Part shown: in pieces, positions 1-9,447 of the stretch
Layout: the number at the start of each line of letters is the position of its first letter
Numbering within the stretch: position 1 is the first letter of the stretch
Virus record (IMG/VR): IMGVR_UViG_3300009181_000158
Coordinates: 1-39,374 of that record
DNA length: 39,374 bases
Origin: a virus
Lineage: Duplodnaviria > Caudoviricetes
Direction: 5' to 3' (one strand)
Program-made: the position numbers and the translations under genes
The notes under the pieces: generated by a model
Databases searched by the model: none
Told to the model about the DNA's origin: nothing
The model's input: the letters and a program-made list of their open reading frames with translations, nothing else

Positions 1-170
1 GCGTATTCGTCGTTGTCTTCTTCGCCGAACCCTTCAAGCGTTTCTAGCAGCTCGTACTGCGTCATTGCGTTGATGTGTTGCTTGAATGCTTCTTGCGGCC
101 TAAGTGGCCATTCATGCGGTGCTTGATGTTCGAAATACCAGTTTCGATATCGTACATAGTTGTTAATCAT
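1..170 (-). CDS. hypothetical protein, runs off the left edge
   Basis: Manual translation MINNYVRYRNWYFEHQAPHEWPLRPQEAFKQHINAMTQYELLETLEGFG...; ATG overlaps the stop of 167..406 (ATGA). Confidence 0.6.
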   Translation of the reverse strand, partial: MINNYVRYRNWYFEHQAPHEWPLRPQEAFKQHINAMTQYELLETLEGFGEEDNDEY

Positions 171-406
171 TGGATCGCTCCTTGCTCTATTTCAGACCGC
201 AACATGTTTAGAAAGTTCTGCTTGTGTATGCGCTCCGATGCGATGACGTGCACTAGTAGGCAAGCCAGTATAGCCAAGATCGTAAGTAAGCCTCTGGTGC
301 TGTCCGTACCGTATGCTTTGTAAGCAGTGTCGCTTATGAGATACCCTAGTATACCACCAGCCACCAGGTTCAGCACTGTTTCAAACATGATCATTTGATG
401 ATCCAA
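167..406 (-). CDS. small membrane protein, two predicted TM helices
   Basis: Two hydrophobic stretches; tightly packed with neighbours; start may be a few codons downstream. Confidence 0.6.
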   Translation of the reverse strand: MDHQMIMFETVLNLVAGGILGYLISDTAYKAYGTDSTRGLLTILAILACLLVHVIASERIHKQNFLNMLRSEIEQGAIQ

Positions 407-717
407 TCCATGCTGAGCCAGTCGGTAGTTTCTGGCATGATCTCAACCTTGTCGCCGTGCAGTTCTTGCAGCTGCGTCCAAATATATGCGTTGTTCTTGC
501 GCAAGCAATATCCAGTCTTGCGGCCTTCATAACAAGATCCAGATGCACCATAGAAAAGGAATGCGTGTTCAGTCTCTTCAACCCTGACGATGCCGCTGTT
601 CATGCGCCATGAATCACCATCACTGTAGCCGCCCGACCATCCAACGAGCACGCGATAGTGTGGGTCGTCACCTTTAAACTTGATAACAACCCAGTTGTCT
701 GGTGTGTAGTTAGCCAT
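391..717 (-). CDS. conserved phage hypothetical protein
   Basis: YTPDNWVVIK...YRVLVGWSGGY..GDSWRMNSGI resembles a family I recall from large phages; function unknown. Confidence 0.75.
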   Translation of the reverse strand: MANYTPDNWVVIKFKGDDPHYRVLVGWSGGYSDGDSWRMNSGIVRVEETEHAFLFYGASGSCYEGRKTGYCLRKNNAYIWTQLQELHGDKVEIMPETTDWLSMDWIIK

Positions 718-982
718 GCGTTAACCTCATTTGTACATATAGCCGTTCTAAGTCATCTGGTGTGCCGCGATCAAATAGTATAGTATCTCCCCATTTATCG
801 TGGCTGCTCACGTCTAGTTCGTTGGTAGTAATGCTCCACGCCGTGCCGTCTTGGTTTAAGGTAATCTGCACGCCGTTGTGCATCCACTTATCGTCGCCAA
901 GTTCAATATCACCCGGATACACATAGTATTCTGTCTTGTTCAGTGCGTCAACCACTGCATAGAACCGGCTGTGAGTGTTCAC
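710..982 (-). CDS. hypothetical protein
   Basis: ORF track; GTGA overlap with upstream gene. Confidence 0.65.
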   Translation of the reverse strand: MNTHSRFYAVVDALNKTEYYVYPGDIELGDDKWMHNGVQITLNQDGTAWSITTNELDVSSHDKWGDTILFDRGTPDDLERLYVQMRLTHG

Positions 983-1170
983 AGTCCAGCAACCTTGGCC
1001 GCGATAGTATCAATCACTTGGTCAAGTGTCATGTTTACCTGGAAGTAGTCGTCTTCGCATGCACTAAACCAGATATAGGTCGTATCTCTTGGGCCAATCT
1101 TGTTACAGCGAGTGATCGCTACTATGCGATCCACGTTGAAAAATGATCCGTCAAGATTAACCAATGTCAT
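979..1170 (-). CDS. hypothetical protein
   Basis: ORF track; ATGA overlap with upstream gene. Confidence 0.65.
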   Translation of the reverse strand: MTLVNLDGSFFNVDRIVAITRCNKIGPRDTTYIWFSACEDDYFQVNMTLDQVIDTIAAKVAGL

Positions 1171-1325
1171 CGTGCATTCCCCTCATATTCAAATACCTGA
1201 ACCTGGGTTTCATATCCTTGGCTCTTGTACCAATCAGAGATATATCCTGCAATTTTTGCATCTGATTCAACTCGTTGACCAATCTTGATCAAACCTTCAT
1301 AGACTGCAATCACATATTGTTTCAT
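1167..1325 (-). CDS. small hypothetical protein, 52 aa, not in ORF track
   Basis: MKQYVIAVYEGLIKIGQRVESDAKIAGYISDWYKSQGYETQVQVFEYEGNAR; GGGAGA SD; fills the gap. Confidence 0.6.
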   Translation of the reverse strand: MKQYVIAVYEGLIKIGQRVESDAKIAGYISDWYKSQGYETQVQVFEYEGNAR

Positions 1326-1350
1326 CGTACATCTCCCGGACTTAGCTAGA

Positions 1351-1593
1351 TTATAGCCACGTTAATTTAAAAAGTACAGCATGCGTGTCGCGTTTGAAGT
1401 AAAAGTTGGACCAGCCTGTCTCCCAATATACATCTGCTGCATCGCCGTACAAATGGTGCACTCGTATCTGATGCTCGGAAAACCATTCGCGCATGTTTGA
1501 ACGGCCGTAGGCTGCTACTTTTACAGGTTTGATCCGCACATGATGAGGAAACAAGCGGATTGTTTCCTCAACTGTTCTTAACTTGGTTGCCAT
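1351..1593 (-). CDS. small protein of the dispersed W...F.L.W paralog family
   Basis: Start by TGATG overlap with the AAA gene; ends YFKRDTHAVLFKLTWL. Confidence 0.65.
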   Translation of the reverse strand: MATKLRTVEETIRLFPHHVRIKPVKVAAYGRSNMREWFSEHQIRVHHLYGDAADVYWETGWSNFYFKRDTHAVLFKLTWL

Positions 1594-2576
1594 CAGCGCG
1601 GCCGGATCTGGAATGCTTCGCTCATGCGACGCCAACCGTCGGGGCTGGTTTTGGCAAACTGCGCAAGCTGAACCACAGTCCGCAAGCTTAGCCGACGAAA
1701 ATCATCGCGGCGTTCCTTGACATAATCCAACAGCATGTCGATAACCGGCTCGTCAAAGCAGAACGACTTGAGCATGCGATGCTTGCGAACCATGGTCTCA
1801 ACCCGGCACCAGATCTCACGCCGAGTGTGCATGCTGAGATCCAAATACAAGCTACGGTCAACCAGTGCAGAGATGTGCTTGGCAGCACCGCGATCCTTGT
1901 CAATGATCTGTTGGAAATCCAAGTTGGTGATGAAAATCACGCGACCATTGAATTCAAACGTTTTGGGCATACCCAGCTTGACCACGCTTTCGCTGTTATA
2001 GCTAACCATGCGCAGACGGTCGCCGCTTTCCAGCGCAGCTTTGAGCAAGTTAACGCAGTCTGAATCAAACAGCAAGCTGTCGCAGTCATCGAGGATAAGC
2101 ACGCTGTTGGGCTCTGCATTGTCAAACAACACTTGATACAGTTGGAATGCGCTGACAATGCTGCCGCTGATCTTGTTGTATTCAATGCCGTTCAGCGACA
2201 TCTCGCGATCCAAGATGTTTTGGATGCCCACGCTCTTGCCCATGCCAGGCGCACCGCTGACAATCAAACTGCGCACTGTATCAGACGCAACCCCTGCAGT
2301 GATCTCATTGAGAATGTTGAATCGATCCTCAATACGCTTGGCAATCTGCTCGTCAGTGATTTCTTCAGCAGCTGCCAACTCTGGCGACTTCAGCGTGCCG
2401 TGATAGGACAAGCTAGATTCGCTGGGCAGTTGCACACGAATGCTACCCATACCCGGTATTTGAAAGTTGCCATACCAACCACGGCTTCCCATCTTGATAG
2501 GCTGCACCAACATGCAGCGCACATCGGTCAGCGGCTGGTTACGGTAACTGCCTGCAACAATAGTAACGTCCTGCAT
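1593..2576 (-). CDS. AAA+ family ATPase
   Basis: Walker A SGAPGMGKS, Walker B LILDDCD, sensor VIFITN, arginine finger ALVDRS; start MQDVTIV chosen from GAAAGGA SD. Confidence 0.85.
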   Translation of the reverse strand: MQDVTIVAGSYRNQPLTDVRCMLVQPIKMGSRGWYGNFQIPGMGSIRVQLPSESSLSYHGTLKSPELAAAEEITDEQIAKRIEDRFNILNEITAGVASDTVRSLIVSGAPGMGKSVGIQNILDREMSLNGIEYNKISGSIVSAFQLYQVLFDNAEPNSVLILDDCDSLLFDSDCVNLLKAALESGDRLRMVSYNSESVVKLGMPKTFEFNGRVIFITNLDFQQIIDKDRGAAKHISALVDRSLYLDLSMHTRREIWCRVETMVRKHRMLKSFCFDEPVIDMLLDYVKERRDDFRRLSLRTVVQLAQFAKTSPDGWRRMSEAFQIRPR

Positions 2577-2606
2577 ATTGTAGTCCTTTCTGTGTGTGTT
2601 GTGTGC

Positions 2607-2635
2607 TGTATACACAGTCTGGTAGACAGTGTCAA
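2607..2635 (-). promoter_or_regulatory. sigma70-type promoter
   Basis: TTGACA-N17-TATACA; the -35 overlaps the stop codon of 2632..3018. Confidence 0.65.
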
Positions 2636-3018
2636 TCCCCAAACTTGGCTTTCAACCGTTCGTATTCGGCATACTCAGCATCAGCTTTCAGCTTGCGCTT
2701 TTCAGCAGCTTTCTTACGATCTTTGGCTTTACGATCTTTTTCAGCAGCTTCGGCTTTTTCACGAGTAGCACGTTCTTTATCGTTTTCCACTCGATAAAAT
2801 TCATACGTAATGTTTAATTCATAGTCATCATAGAATCCGCGGTTCATGTTTATGTCAAAGATACCATCACCAATCATACCTTTGGAATTGGCTTCTTCAA
2901 CAACAGAGTCAATGTAAGCCTTTAAACTTTCGGCGGTGCCTTCAAAGCTGTAACGACTACAGCTGATGCTATCATACGTTACATAGACGCCATTTTCATT
3001 TTTGCGAGCGATTCCCAT
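2632..3018 (-). CDS. hypothetical protein with charged coiled-coil C-terminus
   Basis: ORF track; ends EYAEYERLKAKFGD; GGGAGA SD. Confidence 0.75.
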   Translation of the reverse strand: MGIARKNENGVYVTYDSISCSRYSFEGTAESLKAYIDSVVEEANSKGMIGDGIFDINMNRGFYDDYELNITYEFYRVENDKERATREKAEAAEKDRKAKDRKKAAEKRKLKADAEYAEYERLKAKFGD

Positions 3019-3034
3019 GATCCCAATCTCCCAG

Positions 3035-3226
3035 TTAGGCTTGGCTCAGTACAAAGTCTTCGCGGACGTAGTAGTCGTAGTAGTAACGATCTTCGTCCCG
3101 GTCAAATTCTTCCCGGTAACTTACCATCTGACCGTTGTGATACCACACGCCGTATTCGCCCCCAGTAAAGCTGTGGGCTTCGGCGATCTTTTCTAGCTTG
3201 CTGCTTTGTACTATGACAAACTTCAT
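3035..3226 (-). CDS. hypothetical protein
   Basis: ORF track, start trimmed to MKFVIV after AAGGGA SD. Confidence 0.65.
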   Translation of the reverse strand: MKFVIVQSSKLEKIAEAHSFTGGEYGVWYHNGQMVSYREEFDRDEDRYYYDYYVREDFVLSQA

Positions 3227-3259
3227 AGCGCGGTTCCCTTGTGCACACAACATACACTA

Positions 3260-3287
3260 TACATAACACAGTCTACAGGAACGTCAA
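3260..3287 (-). promoter_or_regulatory. sigma70-type promoter
   Basis: GGTTGACG-N16-TATGTA; the -35 overlaps the upstream stop codon. Confidence 0.5.
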
Positions 3288-3922
3288 CCATAATCTGCAG
3301 AGATCACTATTCGCATAACTTCATCTAGTTCGCCAGGGGCAGGCAGTCCCTGATTCCAGGTCAGCATCCACAGCATGCGGTCGTTGGCATCAGGGATGAT
3401 CAGCTTGATGGCAGTCTCGTCTGACCACAGGTAGAATGCACTGCTGAAATTGCGTTCGCACCACGATTCCAGTGGTGCAAAATAGCCAAAGAACATGACT
3501 TCTTTTATGGCACGTATGTTGTCCTTGTTGGCAACAATTCGCATGCTGCGATCAGGCCAATCGTCAAAAAGCTCTTGCCAAGTCTTGGTCATGGGAGGAT
3601 GATTCTGCCCACCTGCGCCGCAGAGGTTGCCAGATGTGCTTGCTACTGGCTGTGTGCCACCCGATAATGACCGTGCACCGTTGGGGAACATCTGTTTGAC
3701 CAACCAACGGCATATCCATGGTTTGATCCTGCGTCGCCATGATATCCACACAAATCCAATGGTCACAAATGTAAGCTGCACAGACCAGGCAGCAGTAACT
3801 GCATATTGGCGCCATGGTGTTAATACCATCAACCCAGGTATCAAGAAGCATATAAACAGTGTCGCCGGTGCTATCCAAATTGGGCCGTCTTTGCCATACA
3901 ATTTGTTGAGCAATCGCATCAT
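3284..3922 (-). CDS. membrane protein: two N-terminal TM helices plus C-terminal paralog-family domain
   Basis: Two hydrophobic segments; C-terminal WCERNF...PDANDRMLWMLTW. Confidence 0.7.
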   Translation of the reverse strand: MMRLLNKLYGKDGPIWIAPATLFICFLIPGLMVLTPWRQYAVTAAWSVQLTFVTIGFVWISWRRRIKPWICRWLVKQMFPNGARSLSGGTQPVASTSGNLCGAGGQNHPPMTKTWQELFDDWPDRSMRIVANKDNIRAIKEVMFFGYFAPLESWCERNFSSAFYLWSDETAIKLIIPDANDRMLWMLTWNQGLPAPGELDEVMRIVISADYG

Positions 3923-4092
3923 TTGATGTCCTTGGCAGGGTTTAGATGCACAGAGTCAATGCGGTATGCGTATTTTTCGTTGCCGTCGTCGATGCTGTTT
4001 GCATAGTTGTATGCATCCATGTGGCTATCAAATGCAGCGATTGCTTGCACAGTTTCCTGGTACCGATCGCGACGCATCACTACATATATCAT
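3919..4092 (-). CDS. small hypothetical protein, 57 aa, not in ORF track
   Basis: MIYVVMRRDRYQETVQAIAAFDSHMDAYNYANSIDDGNEKYAYRIDSVHLNPAKDIK; AAGGA SD; ATGA overlap downstream. Confidence 0.65.
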   Translation of the reverse strand: MIYVVMRRDRYQETVQAIAAFDSHMDAYNYANSIDDGNEKYAYRIDSVHLNPAKDIK

Positions 4093-4106
4093 CTATTTGG
4101 TTTCCT

Positions 4107-4442
4107 TTAAGCAGTGTAGTAGTCGTTGGGGTTGTGGGATCGAATAGACTCAGATCCGTCGTATTCTGTAATGTGAAAACGCTGACCTTTTTCAACCCAG
4201 GCGATCTTGATCTGATCCCATCCACCGGTACCCACGTAGGTATCTGGCCCAAAGATGTCAGACAACAATTCCTCAACTTCGTCACCGGCGGCGTTGCGTT
4301 CTGCTGCAGCAACCAGTCGTCGGTCAAAGGTGATGAACTTGGCAATGTCGTCGTTGTGTGCCCACGTAGACCATCCGGCACCATAGCCCGGAGAGTACAG
4401 CACTGCGACCATACCGTCTCGGATCACTTTATCAGGTTTCAC
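4107..4442 (-). CDS. conserved phage hypothetical protein
   Basis: VAVLYSPGYGAGWSTW...F.ITEYDGSE motif recalled from phage proteins. Confidence 0.8.
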   Translation of the reverse strand: MKPDKVIRDGMVAVLYSPGYGAGWSTWAHNDDIAKFITFDRRLVAAAERNAAGDEVEELLSDIFGPDTYVGTGGWDQIKIAWVEKGQRFHITEYDGSESIRSHNPNDYYTA

Positions 4443-4582
4443 ACTGCGTCCTTTTCAGTTGCGTTTCGTAACGACTTGGCTGTGTCTAGTACCCACTTGA
4501 TCTTGCCGTGATCGGGGGTCCTCTCTATCATTTCTAAAGCCAGCATCTCAATCAGCCTTAGGGCATAGTCAAGCTTATTCAT
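4439..4582 (-). CDS. small hypothetical protein
   Basis: ORF track, start trimmed to MNKLDY after GAGGA SD. Confidence 0.55.
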   Translation of the reverse strand: MNKLDYALRLIEMLALEMIERTPDHGKIKWVLDTAKSLRNATEKDAV

Positions 4583-4886
4583 CGTGAAGTTCCTCGCTGT
4601 ATACTTCCCAAGTTTGGTTCTCATAGTCCCAGTGTCTATGATCGTAAATCTTAAGATTAAAGAAATACTTCCATGCTTCGATCATGATGCTGGGACCTGC
4701 ATGGTCCTGCCCCTTCCATCGCAAATCTAGTTCAAACGTAAACAGCGATGCAGCGGTTCTCCATTTGCTGATCTGCAGCTCTACGCTTTTGTTCTTGGCG
4801 ATCACTCGTTCTTTGTAAACATAGTCTTTTGACTTAGTTTCTTTGTAACGAAACGGATTAACCAATTTGAAGTTGAAGTATATCAC
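4575..4886 (-). CDS. hypothetical protein
   Basis: ORF track; DHAGP and YDHRHWDYE motifs. Confidence 0.7.
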   Translation of the reverse strand: MIYFNFKLVNPFRYKETKSKDYVYKERVIAKNKSVELQISKWRTAASLFTFELDLRWKGQDHAGPSIMIEAWKYFFNLKIYDHRHWDYENQTWEVYSEELHDE

Positions 4887-5125
4887 CAGCCATGACCTCC
4901 ACGTTCTGATTCTGCAATTTCTTCTGGAGTAAACTGCCCGCCCATACGATCAAACCACGGTTCAACAGACTTCGTCGATTCTAACTTCTTGATCTGATCC
5001 TCTAGACGTTTGATGTAGTGAGCAATCTCTTCGGCAACTCGGTCATGCCCATGCAGGTCGCCGTAGATATCTACAGTAACAGAGTCTTCGATCAAATATT
5101 TGATAACATCAGCGTCCATCACCAA
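4883..5125 (-). CDS. hypothetical protein
   Basis: ORF track; overlap-coupled to neighbours. Confidence 0.65.
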   Translation of the reverse strand: MVMDADVIKYLIEDSVTVDIYGDLHGHDRVAEEIAHYIKRLEDQIKKLESTKSVEPWFDRMGGQFTPEEIAESERGGHGW

Positions 5126-5328
5126 ACTCCCACCGACACCACTCGCTGGTCTACTACATTGCCGTCGGGGTCAGTCAGTGTCATGACTCGATGCACACCA
5201 GACCGAGTGTCTGCAGCATTCCACCACAGTCGTGCTTCTGCTTCAGTTTCGAACTCTACTGCTGACCAATTGCCGTGTTCCAGCGGTTCAGCAGTAACAA
5301 AATCAACTCGCATCGTCCATCCGGTCAT
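5119..5328 (-). CDS. hypothetical protein
   Basis: ORF track, start trimmed because the longer version overlaps a promoter. Confidence 0.55.
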   Translation of the reverse strand: MTGWTMRVDFVTAEPLEHGNWSAVEFETEAEARLWWNAADTRSGVHRVMTLTDPDGNVVDQRVVSVGVW

Positions 5329-5355
5329 GGCAATCCATCCTATGCTAGATAACAC

Positions 5356-5383
5356 ACAATAGCATAGGATGTACACTTGTCAA
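5356..5383 (-). promoter_or_regulatory. sigma70-type promoter
   Basis: GGTTGACA-N16 (ending TGC)-TATTGT. Confidence 0.7.
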
Positions 5384-5389
5384 CCACTA

Positions 5390-6235
5390 TCAGAAATCGT
5401 TGGGATTTAATTTATAACACAGTGGCCATGCAAACACAGTCTTGAGATATTCTTCAGATGCAAACTTTGACGAATCTATATGGCGAGATGCCCAGCCGCT
5501 AGTTAGATCTAATGGAACATCATTGGTTACGCTGTGTGTTATCTTCTCAGCTAATATGGTATGGTTAATTTTGCTAAGATGGTTCATCCTTGGATCTGGG
5601 TTGCGATTTATATAGTCTTGCGTGCGACTATTAGCATATTCGAGCTTTGTCACATACTGTAAACACTGATTGCCGCGTATGATGGCTGGCAAATGGTCTG
5701 TTTTCACCCGCATAGTAGAATCAACAGCAAACTGATCAACCATTCCATCGTCAAAGCAGTCAAGCACTACCGCTTTAATGCACAATTGGCAGCATGTAGC
5801 ATTTACATCTTCAAACCACGATCTCAACCATTCAAGATGTAACTGGTCGCGATGTAGGTAAACATAATAATGGTTAAAAGCAGCTATTTGCTCTTGTGTA
5901 AGCATGCCTATACCCTCAGCAGCAGTAGCGTCTGTTTGCGCTGCATGCCGTACTGTGCTGGGATTTATAGAACCAAGTGTACTGATATTTGGATACGCAT
6001 GAAAGAACCAAGTACGGTGAGGTCCTGTGACAGCAATCAACAACAGGTCGTTTGGTTGTAATTGAGGTTTGATTTTGGGCCACTGCTCAGCAAACATATA
6101 AGGTAACGACGACCCGCCAAGGCCGCCGGGCAGCCTTGGCAGTAAATCTAGATTCTCAGCTATTTTATTTAGGTAGGTATCAGTACCTAAATAAAGAGAC
6201 GCATAGCTGTCGCCTAATATCCAAAGATTTCGCAT
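5390..6235 (-). CDS. SGNH/GDSL-hydrolase-like protein, paralog 1
   Basis: N-terminal LWILGDSYA, GGSS block, C-terminal PRMNHLSKINHTILA. Confidence 0.65.
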   Translation of the reverse strand: MRNLWILGDSYASLYLGTDTYLNKIAENLDLLPRLPGGLGGSSLPYMFAEQWPKIKPQLQPNDLLLIAVTGPHRTWFFHAYPNISTLGSINPSTVRHAAQTDATAAEGIGMLTQEQIAAFNHYYVYLHRDQLHLEWLRSWFEDVNATCCQLCIKAVVLDCFDDGMVDQFAVDSTMRVKTDHLPAIIRGNQCLQYVTKLEYANSRTQDYINRNPDPRMNHLSKINHTILAEKITHSVTNDVPLDLTSGWASRHIDSSKFASEEYLKTVFAWPLCYKLNPNDF

Positions 6236-6244
6236 TACCTAGTA

Positions 6245-7309
6245 TCAAAAGTCAATGAAGTAGTTGACCTTGCGCTGGACCACGCGAGTCAGCACCACTG
6301 TACCGTCCTCGTTGGTAAACTGAAACTGCCCAGCATGCGCATCAACCTTGTTGAGATCACGGCCATTCCAGCTGTAGGTGACCCACCCGTCCTGCTCGCC
6401 GGCGTCGTCGTAATCACGCACGCCGATGTCGATCTCACCGTTCAGCGGGTTGCCGTTCCACTTGCCGTTGTTCTCCACGTCCTTGGCTTCAACGGGCTTG
6501 TTGTCAACGATCAGCTGCACCATGTACTCGTCGCTGTTGGCAAACTCGGGCTTGGTGTTCAGCATCTGCATGGATTCTTGTGCCGGTTCGTCATAGCGAT
6601 TCATCTCTTCAATCAGTGCCTTGAGCATGTCAAAGTTGAAAGCGCTGAACAAGCTGGCGATCTTGCAAACGCCATCTGTGTGCTGCAGGTTCTTGAGATT
6701 ATCAGCACAGTATTCTCCGATGAACTCCATGGTCAGGCCAGTGTAGTCCAGCATGTAGTAGATGCGACCCGGACGGTTGCGCATGTGCGCATCAACTCGC
6801 CACTTGTCGTTGCAGGTCAGCACAAACAGTGTCTTGCTGGGAAACACCCCGTCCAGCAGCGTGAGCATGGCTTCTTGCTCATCGCGATTGTAGACTTTCT
6901 CAAACTCGTCAAACAGCACCATGCAGGGCTGTTGGATGTCTTGGATCAGCTTGTTGAATGCATCGCCCTTCCAAGGGTGGTTGACCACAATGGTGGGCAT
7001 GCCCTGTTCGGCACCCTTGATGCTCAGCATCTTGCTTAGCAGTGTCTTGCCTGAGCCCTTTTCGCCTGTGAGCAGCACACCAGTTGCGGCAGGACGATCA
7101 TTGAAAGTATTGAGGATGCGATCAGTCATCTTGATTGTGTTGCCATAGATCTTCTTAGGCGCGACAAACGCATCAATTTCTTCGAGGAACAGCACACCGT
7201 ATTGATCAGCCCGGACGATGTAGTTACCCGGAGGAAGCTTGCTGTGCAAGTCCATAGCTGCGTTAGCAGCCACTCGCCAAGTGCTGCCGTTCTTGAGGAA
7301 GTGTGTCAT
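6245..7309 (-). CDS. AAA+ ATPase
   Basis: Walker A GEKGSGKT, Walker B VLFDEFEK, LTLLDG, NRPGRI. Confidence 0.88.
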   Translation of the reverse strand: MTHFLKNGSTWRVAANAAMDLHSKLPPGNYIVRADQYGVLFLEEIDAFVAPKKIYGNTIKMTDRILNTFNDRPAATGVLLTGEKGSGKTLLSKMLSIKGAEQGMPTIVVNHPWKGDAFNKLIQDIQQPCMVLFDEFEKVYNRDEQEAMLTLLDGVFPSKTLFVLTCNDKWRVDAHMRNRPGRIYYMLDYTGLTMEFIGEYCADNLKNLQHTDGVCKIASLFSAFNFDMLKALIEEMNRYDEPAQESMQMLNTKPEFANSDEYMVQLIVDNKPVEAKDVENNGKWNGNPLNGEIDIGVRDYDDAGEQDGWVTYSWNGRDLNKVDAHAGQFQFTNEDGTVVLTRVVQRKVNYFIDF

Positions 7310-7342
7310 CTTGTAGCTTTCCGAGTTGTGGTATACAGTGAT

Positions 7343-7370
7343 ACATTAACACAATTTGAACGCCTGTCAA
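7343..7370 (-). promoter_or_regulatory. sigma70-type promoter
   Basis: GGTTGACA-N16-TAATGT. Confidence 0.7.
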
Positions 7371-7374
7371 CCAG

Positions 7375-8181
7375 TTAGATCATGCTTTCTATCACTGCCC
7401 AGCGCTCTGGTGTTAGCAACGGCAAGTATCTATCTAGCTCATCTGCTGACATGACGCCGAAATCCTCAGCATGCATGCTCATGTTCTCACCGTCTATCCA
7501 TCGCACCGCATGCTCATACAGCGTGCGATTATTTTCTTTGGTCAAGTGGCACAGCCGTCTTTCATCGCGTGTCTTGAAAGTATCAGCCATTCTCAAGCCG
7601 AGGTGATGTATCTCCCTGTCAGATATGTCTATTAAGCACGTCCCGTGGTGATCATATATAGATTCACGGAATGCAGGTATCAAGATAGAATCCGGTCTAA
7701 CTGTTCTGATATCGTTGATCATCAAACGTTGAAATGTGTCTCGTTCTTCTATATCTAATAGATGTTCAAAAAAAAGTTCTATAGCTGACACTTCTTTTAA
7801 CCCAGGATTGTCCGATGATTGAGCTGATAGCTTGTGTCTTATGGCATCAAACCACCAGGGTGCAGCGAAATTCCAGTGTCGTATACCAGAATCAGTGGAT
7901 ATAGGATGGTATAATCTATGCGATTCAGATACAACATACAGTATGACATCATATTCATGATGATGCTTCATGAAGTTACGGAATGAGAACCACATGCCTG
8001 ACCCACCTTCGGCCATGTTAGTAATTTTGAAACGAGGATCTGATTCCAACAGCATGGTCCAGCTAGGACCATTATCAGAGTCTGCATCATCGTAGCCAGT
8101 ATGTTTGACAGCAAAGCTGTCACCCAATATTAAGACACGCTGTGCTGATTGAGCACGGTGGTTATTGAAAAAACCTGTCAT
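7375..8181 (-). CDS. SGNH/GDSL-hydrolase-like protein, paralog 2
   Basis: VLILGDSFA, NMAEGGSG, RRLCHLTKENNRTL. Confidence 0.65.
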   Translation of the reverse strand: MTGFFNNHRAQSAQRVLILGDSFAVKHTGYDDADSDNGPSWTMLLESDPRFKITNMAEGGSGMWFSFRNFMKHHHEYDVILYVVSESHRLYHPISTDSGIRHWNFAAPWWFDAIRHKLSAQSSDNPGLKEVSAIELFFEHLLDIEERDTFQRLMINDIRTVRPDSILIPAFRESIYDHHGTCLIDISDREIHHLGLRMADTFKTRDERRLCHLTKENNRTLYEHAVRWIDGENMSMHAEDFGVMSADELDRYLPLLTPERWAVIESMI

Positions 8182-8296
8182 TGCATTTCCTGTATATCAA
8201 ACGTCTGCGAGCCAATCATTGTAATGGCAAGTTACACTCCGGATCAAGTTGTCTATGCTGCGCCAACTACTGTAGCCAATATCACAAACTTTATGC

Positions 8297-8488
8297 TTAT
8301 TTCACAAGATCCTTAAACATTAGTTTGCGCCCTTCGGTGCCCAGCTGGCTGTCAAATATCTCTTTAACACGCTGCAGCATCGCACATGCCATCATCAACA
8401 CTTCATTGCGATCATCACACATCATGATCTGCTGATCTACTGGCTGCATCAGCTCTTTCATACGTTCTTGCCCCAAGTCTTGCGCCAA
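8297..8488 (-). CDS. small hypothetical protein
   Basis: ORF track; helical, PVDQQIMMCDD. Confidence 0.6.
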   Translation of the reverse strand: MAQDLGQERMKELMQPVDQQIMMCDDRNEVLMMACAMLQRVKEIFDSQLGTEGRKLMFKDLVK

Positions 8489-9381
8489 ACTCCTTCAATG
8501 TCGCAAAATGGTGGCCACATAGTATGCTGTTGTAGCCAACCTACTGATTTAAAATATTGCTTATCTATATATCTTGTATGGAACCCAGTGGTCAAGTCTA
8601 GCATTGCCCCATCTTTAATGCTGGCTATTATCTTGTCAGCTAGCACCTTGTGATTTACAATTCCTAGGTGATTCATTCTGAAATCGCCGTGTTCTTCTAA
8701 CCAACTAAACGATGCGCGATCTACGTGTTCTTCTCTACTTACACCGTATAAGTGGCCGTGTCCTCTGATTAATGATTGGCACGCACTGCTATCAACATCT
8801 CCGGTGTTACCATATCTATTAGTATCAAAACTATCAAGTTTGTTTTTGAATGTTGAGGTAACCGTGTGCCATATGGATCGCACAACGGACCAATCGTCGT
8901 CAATTGTGATCAAATCACTATGATGGGCGCCGTCTAATACTATAGCAACTACCCCTCGCTCAATGCATACATGATTTAACTCATAAAACCAGGATCGCAA
9001 CCAACTAAGATTCAGCGGATCCCTATGAAGATACGTATAATAATTAATTAATGCAGATTTTTCTTCAGTAGGTATGTCATCTGATGACATAATTGTTGTG
9101 TGGTTGTGTAGTTCAGATAGTGCGCTAATAGTTGGATGACCTGATAAGAAATAGGTCCGATGCGGTGCTGTGAGAGCAACCAATACTACATCGCCGCAGC
9201 TGATATGATCACGTATCTGCGGCCATTGTTCCATACACATGTGAGGTATGCTAGATCCGCCCATAGAATAGCTACTAATTTCTAATCCAAGACCTTGGGA
9301 CAATATATGTATGTAATTGCTAGCACTTGGATATGGTACTGCAAAACTACCACCTAATACCCATAATGTAGGCATTGCCAA
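8458..9381 (-). CDS. SGNH/GDSL-hydrolase-like protein, paralog 3
   Basis: LWVLGGSFA, GGSS, FRMNHLGIVNHKVLA; clear similarity to 5390..6235. Confidence 0.65.
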   Translation of the reverse strand: MAMPTLWVLGGSFAVPYPSASNYIHILSQGLGLEISSYSMGGSSIPHMCMEQWPQIRDHISCGDVVLVALTAPHRTYFLSGHPTISALSELHNHTTIMSSDDIPTEEKSALINYYTYLHRDPLNLSWLRSWFYELNHVCIERGVVAIVLDGAHHSDLITIDDDWSVVRSIWHTVTSTFKNKLDSFDTNRYGNTGDVDSSACQSLIRGHGHLYGVSREEHVDRASFSWLEEHGDFRMNHLGIVNHKVLADKIIASIKDGAMLDLTTGFHTRYIDKQYFKSVGWLQQHTMWPPFCDIEGVWRKTWGKNV

Positions 9382-9447
9382 ACCTTTTCACGTGTTGAAT
9401 TACATGTTAAACATACATAACTTTTCTATCAAAGTCACTCATTATCA

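Noticed and set aside
3930-3960. TTGACT promoter candidate upstream of 3922
   Set aside because: No matching -10, and it lies inside the 3919..4092 ORF.
7768-7775. A8/T8 homopolymer as a phase-variation or frameshift site
   Set aside because: The ORF is intact through it and a single 8-mer is unremarkable in AT-rich coding DNA.
8182-8316. Short plus-strand ORF (MASYTPDQVV...) or the 84-aa track ORF in this gap
   Set aside because: No SD, wrong strand for the region and no recognisable motif; cannot be supported.
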